Source: Balanoglossus misakiensis
Lineage: Eukaryota; Animalia; Hemichordata
Direction of reading: 5' to 3'
DNA: 64,000 nucleotides
Assembly: GCA_040954595.2 (NCBI GenBank)
Contig: CM082597.2
Span: forward strand, 5,027,244 to 5,091,243
Below, piece after piece: positions 48,701-60,700 of this stretch (position 1 is the first letter of the stretch; each line of letters opens with the position of its first letter). Both the position numbers and the translations under genes were made by a program. The notes beneath the pieces were generated by a model. It made no database searches and was not told where the DNA came from. It saw only the letters and a program-made list of their open reading frames with translations.

Positions 48701-51700
48701 ATAATCCACAATCCTCATTAACCTGGTCTTGGTGCTCCTCATTGGGTACCTCTTCTTTCCATGAACACTGACATCGATGATATCCAAATCTTTCTCAAAT
48801 TTATCATCTTTGCCGTCCTTTCTTCTCTCCTCTGAACACAGCCGCTGGTGTTTGGTAAAGTGTCCTTTCAGTTTGTACCCTTTCCCACAGTAGTGACAAA
48901 GAAACGAGGGACACTGAAATTCCTCTGCCTGCTCATCCTCTTCATCCCTGCTTGGTTGCTTAGCAACTTTATCTGCATCATTACTTGTGCATTCATTCTT
49001 CTCTTCTGAAACCTTGTGACTCTCTTCTGCACCAACCCTTTCCTCAGAGTAACTTTCACTGCTTGCTTTTGCTTCATCGGTGGTGTCTTCTTTGTCGGGG
49101 TGACGGGTTGCCATACTAATGCTGTCACTTTCTACATCTTCGCCTAAGCTACCACTCACTCCATCATCTAAAGAGCCCTCTTCATTGTCATGCTTAACTG
49201 CCTCATCAGTAGGAAGTTTCTCGGTCTCAGAAATCATACTGTCACCGTCTTTTCGATCTACAAGCTCACGCAGTTCATTTTCTGTTGGAGAGTCATCCTG
49301 GCTTTCTTTGAGTTCTTCACCTGTACCTTCTGCGGCAGGTGGTGCCAACATTAGTAGTGAATCCTGCTGACTAACGTCGCTACTCTGTTGGACATTATCA
49401 CTCGTTTCATCTTGCAATAGAGATTTTATGATTGGCAGTGATTCTTCAGAAACTGTAGTCCCATCCACAGCTTTACCAACTGATAAGCCTGATTGACTCT
49501 CAACAGACCCAGTGCCACACTCCATTTCACCTTGATCTAGGGTGCCTGGCACATTGTCTACATTTGGTCCTGTAACTATATTGCTCGTATCTGGCGTTGG
49601 TGAGTTGGAACCACCGGCTTCACGAATTCCTGAAACACTGCTTGCAGTTGCAATCTCACTGGATCTTAAAATTGCGTCCGAATCTGAACGCTTATCTTTA
49701 TGTTGTAAATCTTTTATTTGATCAACAGGTAAGGTACTGCCATCGGTCACAGCAGCACTGAAATACTCAAGTGCCCCTTCTGGGTTTCCTTGAATATTTC
49801 CATCATTTGAAACCTGACAGGCTGGTGCTGAATCTGACGAATTTGGTGTTTCAATTTCATTTGCTGCCACTTCAGTCGTACTACACTCTGATGTACTAAC
49901 GACAGATGTAATGGGTTCTTGAACAAGTACGCCAACTTCTTCAGTGGGTTCTTGAACAAGTGCGCCAACTTCTTCAGTGGTTTCTTGAACCAGTGTGCTT
50001 ACTTCTTGAGTTAGGATGACTTCCATAGTCTCTTCAGTGCCAATGGGTTCTTGACCAAGTGTGCTGACTTCTTCAATGGGTTCTTGAACAAGTGCACCGA
50101 CTTCCTCGTGAGTTAAGATGGTTTCTATAGTCTCTTCAGTGCCATCTTCATTCTTTCCATTGCCATGCATCACACTGCTTTCTACCTCCTCTAGTTCTTG
50201 CTCAATCTCTGCGATCTGAAGTGCCGAGTTTTCATCTACAGGTGGGATGGAGCCAGATGTTGACGCTGTGGTGGATCCGGCCACTGGAATGGAATTAGCG
50301 ACGGAGAGATTGTCCGAGTTAAGAGCCATCAACTCCAGGGCTGAATCTGATAACTGAAGATCTGAGTCTGCAATGTCAAGCACTAGTCCCGACTCTTCAT
50401 TGTGGTCCAGATTTTCCGGGTCTGTATCCAGAATTTCACAGTTTTCCTGGAATTCGGTCTTTCCCTCCTGTTGAAGGCTTTCTATCGGCATGAACTCGTT
50501 CTGATCCGGGATCGCAAGGGAGTTGCTGTCACCAGTGATTTCCGTGGAAACTAATTTGCCAGAAGCGTCACCGGAAAAGTTAATCTCCTTGGCACACTTT
50601 GCCTTACCCGCACCAGTATTGAGTCGCTCAGCAATCATCCCTAGCGTCCTGGGTGACGCCGTGTAATTCGGAGACGCTGTCACGTCAATGCCCGACTTGC
50701 TGGACAAACTCTTTATCCTTGCTGCGGGTAGCATCTTGAGTGTGCTTGGTGCCAGACCAGCCACAGAGTCCGTACTCACTGGACCTGATTTGTCTATGAT
50801 CACACCGTCCGTGCTCTGGGTCGGATTAGAGTCTGTTTCCCCCAGTATCAGATTCTGACTCGCTGTGATATCATTAGACTCACTATCAGCCTGCGTCAAG
50901 TACTCTGTTGCCAAAGCAACCGCATCATCCACTTCCATGATAAACTCCCCCTGCCTCTCAGATTCCATCTCCACGTTCGGAGGCAATTCCATGATCCCGG
51001 TCACTCCATCCGCAGCCACGCATCCTGCTCCCGCGTCAATCGGCAAATCATCCGTGGGCGAAGGGTTACTCTCGTGCGGAATGGTGTAATTGATGTCGTC
51101 GATGCCGCTTGGCAAAGTCGCATTGTGAACGACGGTCCGATTCATGTCCTGGATCTGAGTCACCGGTTTCAACGGTTTGTACTCTTTGATTGAAATGGTG
51201 TAAATGCAACGTCTTCTGGTGTCCACAGTACTCCAGTACACACGAGTCACTCTGCAAAATACAAGAAATAATGATCAATAACCAGGTATCATTATGGCAT
51301 CTTTCTGTTAAATCATGAAAGTGAGCATTTTTCATTCAGAAAGATAAAGCAGCATGTCTTGTATGGGTAAGTTTCTATATAATGAAATAATTTTTTCACA
51401 ATAACACTTACACCTTAATGTATGCAAATCATAATCTTATGAAAGAATTAAATCTATCTATACTTAAACAATTAACAACACTATATAAACTAAATCTTAG
51501 AAATACAGTCAAACCTGTGTTAGTGACCAACTCTATATAGTGACCACCTCTATAGTCCCTGTGCAACTTACATGTGCATTAATTGACCTGTCTATAAAAT
51601 CCACCTGTCTATGAAGGCCAGTTTATAAAAGTCCCTGGACTGGCCTCTATACACAGGTTTGACTGTACATCAAACTACTAGAAACCTTACACTCAAGATA

Positions 51701-54700
51701 TGCTATTTTATATTAAAATATTCATGATATTCGGAAGTATAAAAGATAGTCACTTACTTGAAGTCAATTGGAAACAAGGCAGCTTTGGTATCTGATAAAG
51801 AGGACAACACACCAAGATATTCGACAGTCATGGCACCTGAAATGTATGAAGTAAACAACATTAAGTCAACTGTGTGATTCATTTTCTATAAACATAATAT
51901 CTTCAAATATATCAAGTATGGAAATTATCAGTAAAACTATAATAAGATGACATTGTCTTTCATATACTGATAGTATATTTACCTTTTCAGAACTGACCAA
52001 TAAACCCTAAAACATACACAAATATACAACTGTGCAAAACTTTCTCAGCTCCAGGCTTATAAATAAATGTGAAAGACATATTTCAACGTGAGTATCGCTG
52101 ACAAAACACTCACCTGTGAGAACATTGATACTTCTGGGGTCCCATCCTTTGACGAGTTCTTTCTTTAGTTTCATACCTTCCATGTTGACACAGACTCGAC
52201 GTTTCACTGCAAAGTTATCATCATCTACAAGCTGTGCGCGACAAGAACGATACAAATTTAGACAAAAGAATAAAGAACAGAGATGTATATTTGATAGAGT
52301 CAAATTGAACAGAGTTTGGAAAAAAGCAACAATGTGATGAATGTGTTTCCATGATTTATGGCCACAAAATACAACTAACTCTCCCTTTTTCATAAAAACA
52401 TTTATTGATCACCTGTAGAATCTAATAATCAGTATTTAGTTTATCAATCTATCACAAGCCATTGATGAAGATAAAAATCACTGTGTCCCTGAGTCAAAAT
52501 ACCTGGTTGAATTAAGCGCCTATGATAGGTCTGCTAGTATGCAGATTTCCTAGAAACAGGCAAATGTGCCCACTGTAATAATCATTGGGAGACCCACACA
52601 GAGACTTTGATTTTCTCACCTCATGATCTACTTTGTTTCGATGGGCGTAACAGAACACTTTCTTATCCTCTTGGAAGACTGCAAGTTCTGTTCTAGCACA
52701 CATGAAGTGAAAGTTGGCCGGACAACCTCGCATACAGCAGCCAACAGTGGCACCAAATCGGTTGCAGTGCTCACAGCGCTGTCAATGGGTAAGAAAAATT
52801 CAGTCAGTTTATATTAGAAGATGGAGAAACGAGGGCTTGTAGGACATGGTTTTAGTGAGATGAAATTGGTGATGATTTAAATGTGCATATCATGTCATTT
52901 TTAGTAAATTTTGATGAGAAAGTACCACAAAATGCAAGTTGATGCGAAATGAATAAAATTATTACAAAATTAACACAGGAATGCTTCATTAACTCTGAAT
53001 ATAGGGACATGTGCACAAAGATATCAATCATATTAGGACCAGGAATACTATGTACACTAATTTGAAAATGTATGATAGAACTCACGATGATAGTAGATGT
53101 AAAACTTGACAAACATCACTTAGAATGGTACAGAAAGCTAACATATGGGATGAAGTACTCCCAACATGGCTAATGATATTTGAAGTAAGAACCACAACTC
53201 AAAAACTCTAAATTCTCACCATCTGTCGCCCTCTGGTTACTGCTGGGTGAACATTGATCAGTGACCCATCGACCTCCTCGAAGACCTCGGCTGACCACAA
53301 GGCACAGTTGATGTGGATCCATTCATCTTGTCCGCAATACAAGAGTCGACCTGCATCCTGTAAGGCAAATATGAAGCAAATGGTACATGAAGCAATCAGA
53401 CACCAGGCCATAGTTTTACCATATGTGATTCTGGGGAAAAAGTCCCTAGCTGGGAAAATCTCCTGCATATTTCTAGAAGAACATATCCAAACGAAACTAA
53501 GTAACTAAGAAATCAGTTCAGTTTGCACGTTTCCAGTTCATAGAGGCTCTTTTTATTGCTGTCCTATGTGGGAAAAATTTGGACTAGGTTTCCAGATTGG
53601 TCAGAGTTTGGTTTTGACAGGCTTCACTGTACAATATTTAACCAACAGGGATCCAAATTCAGACATGGCCACTGGACAGGGCCACTCTACAGTCTAATTC
53701 TCTGCACTTACATTAGGTTCATCATCCCCAAAATGTCCACAGAGGCAGCACCTTCTAGTGTCTTCACCTGCTGTATCCATTGGCAGGTCAAACACACCAT
53801 CTGATCAGAGTGAAACAACATGCATTTTAGTTTGAAAGTCTCATAAAAGGATAATATGAACTTCTGTCGGGTTTACCAAATGGCCTGAGTCTATTGTTCC
53901 CTTGGCCTTGGTGGGAAGACAACTTTTAAACAAGCTTGTAAGGTTTGAGAAAGGAACTTCTATATTGCCATGGTAAAAGCTAATTTAATACTCAGAAACT
54001 GAGTAGACTACATTTGGATGTACATGTACACATATCCAAGATGATGCCATAGTAACAAAACCAAAGTAACATTTCTTACCATCTGGCATTAATTTATTTG
54101 GTGTTGGTGGTAATTTTTTCAGCGGTGATGGCTGTGGTGTTGTCGGGTCCGTAGGGTACTTCTCCCTCCACTGTGCATATTCATGATCTGGATGCGGTGG
54201 TAACACTGCATTTGGCAACATGCCACTGTAAAATCATACGTAGAAAAGTCAGTTTCTAGAAGTTGTTGCATTAAATACAAATATGTGTATTCTCAATTCT
54301 TCTCATTAATTATAGTTAAAAGTAAATTATTTCTCACTCAGAAGTTAAAATTAAAGCAAAACTGTAGTTTTCTTTGATTTTAAAGCTCAACTTTAGTTTC
54401 AGTATAATTCTTCATTTTATACCTTTATAAACCCATACAAGGTTATACTGAAAGAAAAAACATTAATCCCCAAAAGTCATATACCAGAGTTGAATACTGA
54501 AAATCAGATACATGTTCACTTCACAATATTCAGATGTCAGAGGGGTTTAACTGTTAGTTTTACATGGCGCCTGCAACAGCCAGCTGGAAGTCTGGAAGTG
54601 TATCAATCTATTCCGGTTGGAACTTACTCTGGAAGATTCTTGTTGTGTTCCCAGAAAGAAGATGCATGTACACTGAACCAAGGGAATACTTTTTCCATTT

Positions 54701-57700
54701 GCTGGAAAAGAAGGAAAAGAAAGTGAATTGAAATCTTGAAGTGAGACTTGTTTTGCTTTACACATCTCTCTATCAATAAATCGACACACTTGGAGTAATT
54801 CTTCAATCTTCACAAGATAAAATCCAAGCATAACAATAATGCAAACTACCAAAATTCTTCAGAAAGATGTGTTTGCGGAGTGACCATTTGTACAATACTA
54901 ACCCTAATGAAGATGTTCTTGGCAACCCTATTCATCCTCTTGAGGGAGCTGTTCTCATCTTTTTCACTGGATATAGATTCCTGGATTATTCTGACGATGT
55001 CATCATTGAAACCAGACTGTAAGGAAAAGGGTAAAGTGGCAATTGTGTTATGTTTGAGAACTGACTTCTTTTCTTTGGTGGAATGTTTTTATTCATAAGA
55101 CTGGACACAGGGAAAATGAAAAAGAATCTAGACTTCAGAGTACTCAAATCTGCAATTAATTTTTTACACTAATTATTCCTTGGAAGATATGCCATTTCTA
55201 GAAAACACACAACATTTGAAATCCCGCTGACAAAAGACTATTTCTGTGGAACAGTTTAATATTAAATGCCACCCCACAACTATAGTGCCACAGAGATATA
55301 ATTTTTGACAAATGACATACTTTGCAATTCTAGAATATTCTACAATTGCATGACACAAGAAGTACACTAGCAAATTCCATATCAACTCACCACAGATATG
55401 TACTTTCCCTCATTCATTCTGTCTCTCATATCCAGCAGTCCATCTGCGTGGTCCTTCTTTGGTGGTCCTATCAGAGATATCCTGCCGATCGTCAACCCTT
55501 TCCGACGACAGATAATGCGTCCGGCACTTTCATCGGATCTTTCGAGCCTGGCTGTTACCTCTGACGTCTCAGAGGGGGCAGAGTCTGTGCTTTCCGAAGT
55601 CCTGTTGTCCGGTTCCGGGAACAGAGACTCTAACCTCAAAAGACTATCGGACGTGTCAAACTCTAAATTGTCTATTTCTGACTCTTTGGCTGGTTCGTCA
55701 GCCAGAGGGTCAGCCGGTCCCTGATTGGTCACCTCGACGTCACCGAGACTCTCCTGAGGGGTTTCCGTCTCTTTGGTATCTTCGCCCTGAGTTGCTGGTT
55801 CGCAGCACTGAATCTGATTGGCCAACTGCTCGCTTGCTGGCTCCTCATTGGTCACGTCATGTACTTCATTTGCATTTTGAACCTGTTCTATGGTATCGTC
55901 CACTGCCATTGGTTGTTCACGCTGAATTTCTGCCAAAGCTTTGCTGAATGGGCTTACAGTCCTGTCTTTTTCAACTTTCTCACTTCTTGACAATCTCTCG
56001 CTTTTGGGGGAATCTTTCAAATCCTCTTTCTGAAATGGAATCACATGATGTATGTAAATATTATTCCGAGTTATATATTGGTCTTAGTGCTGAAATATGA
56101 TAAAAAGTAACCTAACATTGTTTGCCATGATGTACATTCCCTACAGTTTCCCTCAAAGACTTTGTGACTTGAATGTGCCAATGAATACTGTCAACAGCAC
56201 TTCAGTGCCAGTAGTAGAAACACATTGCCTTTAGGAAATACATGTAGCTACCCATAAATGATAATTCCACCCACCTATGTGCTAATGCCTGTTTTATTAT
56301 AAAATCGGAAAATACTTAACTGCCGTAAGAGCCACTGACACAGACAACAAACAAGACTTCCAAAGCAACATCTATCTTAACATTGTTGCTTTTGGTATCA
56401 AGGAATTTTTCCTTTTCCCTGTTGCAAGATACTAGTCATACCTTATCTCTCTTCCGGAACAGTTGCTCAATACTCTTAGTAGCCAAGAGCTGTCCTAGGA
56501 CAAGTTGGAATCCCGCCTGCATTTCTTCCTTGATGTCAATCTGCCACTGTGCCGGCTTTTCCGGTTTGCACCTGGAACAGGTGTAATGGATATCTTCCGG
56601 CAGCTCACACATAATCTGGTACATTTCGTCTTGAGATAGAATAAAAGTGTGGTTGAGTGAACAGTTCTGGGTGATGTTTCAATGTGTTGTGACTGAATAA
56701 ATTGGTAATGGTTGACACACTTATGAATTTCTGTTACTTACCGACCTATAGAAAAATCATACAGAATAAGGGACTTACCTGTAAGACCCTCACATTTAGA
56801 ATGTACCCAACTCTCACAGGATGCACACTGCATCATTTTCGATTCATAATCATCGTCCGTGTAGCACTGTTGGCATAGAGGGCAGTAGTTACCTGTCACG
56901 ACAAAAAAGAGAGAAAATGCAACGACATTAAAATACTGGCAAAAGCTTAGTACACTGATAGTCTATCATAGTACAGACTTAGAAATGTATTAACACATGC
57001 TCTGGGGCTTTTGAAATGCTGGCATAAATTCTAGTGTGACAAATGTGTTAGGGAAATGCCAGCATTTAATGAACAGCCTTGTACATTGTATTGTCGCGAA
57101 TATTGTTTTCACATCATAGTGTTTTTCTATGCTATCAAATTACATGTCAGAATAAATAAACACTTTGGTTATCCATAAACAGTGCAATAAAGCAAATCTG
57201 TCTTGATATATGTTGTTACAAATCTGTTACGTTGAATGTTACAAACCTTTGTCAAATAGTTTCCCACAATCCTGACAAAGTGAAAAGTCATGTGACCACT
57301 GAGCGTTGAATGACTGGCCAGGGGTCGTTGCTCCACAGCTCTTGCACCGAACACATTTCGTGCAGATCTGAGAGAAAGATTAGAAACAAGTCAAAAAGAA
57401 GTTCAAGCAAGTCTTCTCTCCAAGAAAGATTGTCAGTCCAATTCTCTGAATATAATGATAAATCAACTTGCATTTTATGAGTTTCAATCACAGATCTCCC
57501 AAACGAATCCATGATTCACATATAAAGTAAGTCTGTACACACAACCACAAGAACAAATCCGCAAATCCACCCCCCCCCCCTTCCAAAAAAAGTTCATCCT
57601 CGCCATTGAAAACATGTGAAATGACGTGAGCATTTTTTAGCCCGTTCACCCCAAGTTCCCACTTCACAGGTTCCACCTGGCCATAGACAACAATGGATTT

Positions 57701-60700
57701 GGACCAAACCATGGCGATGAAAGGGCATAGGAGAGTAAAATAGCATACTCACCCAGACTTTCTTCCTCTTAGTTGGTTTGGTTGGATAATTTGGACCTAG
57801 ACATTCAGCATGGTACGTATGGTGGCACTTATCACACTGGAGTAACTGTTAAATGCACAAACATACAACAAAGACAAATTATTAAGAGCAAGTAAGGGAA
57901 CCAAAGCACATGACATCCATACGTGTCTCTATCCAAAATTTCCTCTGTGGGCGTTTTAAAGGCAGACAATCGTTTTATACGCATGTGCATAATTTCGTGT
58001 ACAAACATTATGTCCAATTCAAATCTTCCGCAAATTTTGCATTTTACAAATTCAAATAGTCGTCTGCCTTCGCTTCCTTCCATATTTCATGCACACCGTA
58101 TGTTGGCATCTAATGGGGCTTTAATACTCCCATGAATGATTAATAATCTCTCCCCTCTCCCTCACACACACACACCCTCCCCTCCCCCCACCATACTTAC
58201 ATTCTGTTGCCTGCCACAGACATGACAGAATTTACATCTGCGACAACACCAAGTATCCGAGTGACCTTCCAATGGCTTCTCGTCGTCTTCCAGACAGAAT
58301 TCATGGAATGGTTCACAACACACGTTGCAATACACCAACTGGAACCAAAACAGATAATAACAGGTATACAATCAAGCAGTGTTTTTGTTAAGGTCGGTGC
58401 CCAGGTAAATATTACCAGGGTTGATAATACTGCCCGTACAGCACTGGGTCAGGGAACCTGACTATTTAACCCTAACGCTGCCAAGTCAGTTGAAACTGGT
58501 TTGATTTCCAGGGAGCCTAGAATCCTGGCTCCCAGGCCTGTTAGGCTGCCAAGTGTGTGTTAATCAGTAGGGCGTATACTGAGACCCTCAGACCAATACA
58601 GTACAAACCAGTGCAATTTGGTATATTTTACAGGGGGCTCAGACTGCCAAGTGTGTCTAGGTCTTTATGAGAGCCATGTCAAGACAGTAAAAATACGTTT
58701 TAGAAGAAAAATACGTATTTTAAGGGACTTGACACTCTAAACAGGTATGACACCCAGTAGCATTAGGGATACAGACAACAAGCATAATTCACCTACCTCG
58801 TGCTTGCCAGTACTAGCACAAAGGAAACACACTGTCCTTGTTACCAGAGGCATGGTCGATATGATTGGCATCCCATAATCCCACACACTCTCCACCTCGT
58901 AGTCTTCTTGCTGCATGGGAAGGGTTCAAGTCAAGACAATCATGTATCGTGGTAAAAATATAATAAAACATTTTAGAACCATATCTTTCAGCTGATTTTG
59001 GAGTGCTTTTTCTGAGACTGTTATGGGTCAAAAATTAATATCTCCAACATGCAGGTGACATCATTTTAAGGGGCACGGGTCCCCTGTTGCTAGGGGGTAA
59101 ACCAATAGGGTTTCATGTTTCTTATACCCCCTGTAAGCATTATCTACTCTCGTCAGTGATTGGTTACCTTGTACTCTATCCTGATGAGATTGCCATTGGT
59201 TATAACCGGAGCTGTCTTTGGTCTGGCAGCCACTGAACTGCCAGGCACTGCTGAGACACTGCTGTTGGGTCTCTCCTGAAGAATAAACACATGCATAGGT
59301 AAGCAATGTTCACCGAATTAAATAGTTGTGCCACCTAGGCATGTGAAAATAATGACTGAATTTCAAGATGGCAGACTACTGCTATGTTTTATAATTTTTT
59401 ACCAGACAATATAAGGTGAATGCATTTTGCTAGTTGTATACAATGACACAACTCAATGCCATAAACCTTTTTTTGAAATACTAATAATTTCATGAATTGT
59501 TCAGTGATTTCAAATTCGAGGATTTTTTCTGTGATTTTCAAACTTTAGAGTAATAGCAATAATTCTCTTTCAATGCACGTACCTCTTTCTTCCTTTTCTG
59601 CAGTTTGCTAGGGGGTACTCTTTCCCTCTTTGGTCTTGGTGCTTTGGGTACTACATAACATAAATTGAGTAACATAATCGTTTTAAGGTAGATGGAATGT
59701 GATAACCACACACTGCATCTGGGTAGTCACCTACCTTAAAAACATGCAGCAAATTTGGAAAATTTGAAAGCTTTTGCAGAAAACTTGCACGGGTCTAATA
59801 ACTTTGAAAAATATAGTATAAAGGCTATAAAGTATCTAGCCAATGTTTATATATAATATTTATAATGCAAGGCATACAAAACTTGCAAATAGTTGTGATT
59901 AGTTTCATCATAACACGATATAAATATTGCAAATGGTATATTCTTACCAATTTCAGGTGCTCCAAGTGCTGGTATTGGGGCCTTACACTTCTTATGGCTA
60001 AAACAAAATGGTTGGAGAGTCATTACATGTGAAATTGAAAAAAAGGCAGTGAGAGAGAGACTTTGTCCCTTTATTTGTCTATCACTATTATCAGCATACG
60101 ACCTAGAATTCACTTAGGTAATCAATTCATTTACATAAATATGATTATAACACATGTTAAAATTATATATTTATATACAGCAATAAAACAGATAATTCAA
60201 AAACAAAGAAACTGAATATGACTGAGTTTTGTGTGATGACAGTATCATATAAAGTCTAATGGTAATATGTTATAGATATAAAACAAATTCTGCATATAAT
60301 GTTATAATTCTGACAAAATTATAAATGCTGTAAGTACTATCTCTTTACAAGTGACATGAAACATTATGTCACGTATATAATGTCAAGTATATATAACACA
60401 TAATCAGGGTTCTCCCCAGGAAAAAATCATAGCGTCGGGGCTAATTTGCATGCTAATTTGCATATTAATTAACATAAAAATTACATATAGCATAAGCTTC
60501 TATTTGACATCACTGTGCCCCCCCCCCCAATTATGTCGTCTGCTATACAAGTATTCTGCAGATTTGTGGACGCATAGCATGACCTCCAACAAAAGTTGCT
60601 ACATCTTTTGACAAGTTTAGATAAGGTGTTGCAAAATGCGTACGCTCACTTGTTGCCATCTGTGCGTGCGTGCGTGTTACTAGGGCTATGATGCTATTTA

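Noticed and set aside
43675-51089. Many plus-strand ORFs over the giant KMT2 exon
   Set aside because: Antisense shadows of a long coding exon with no recognisable motifs.
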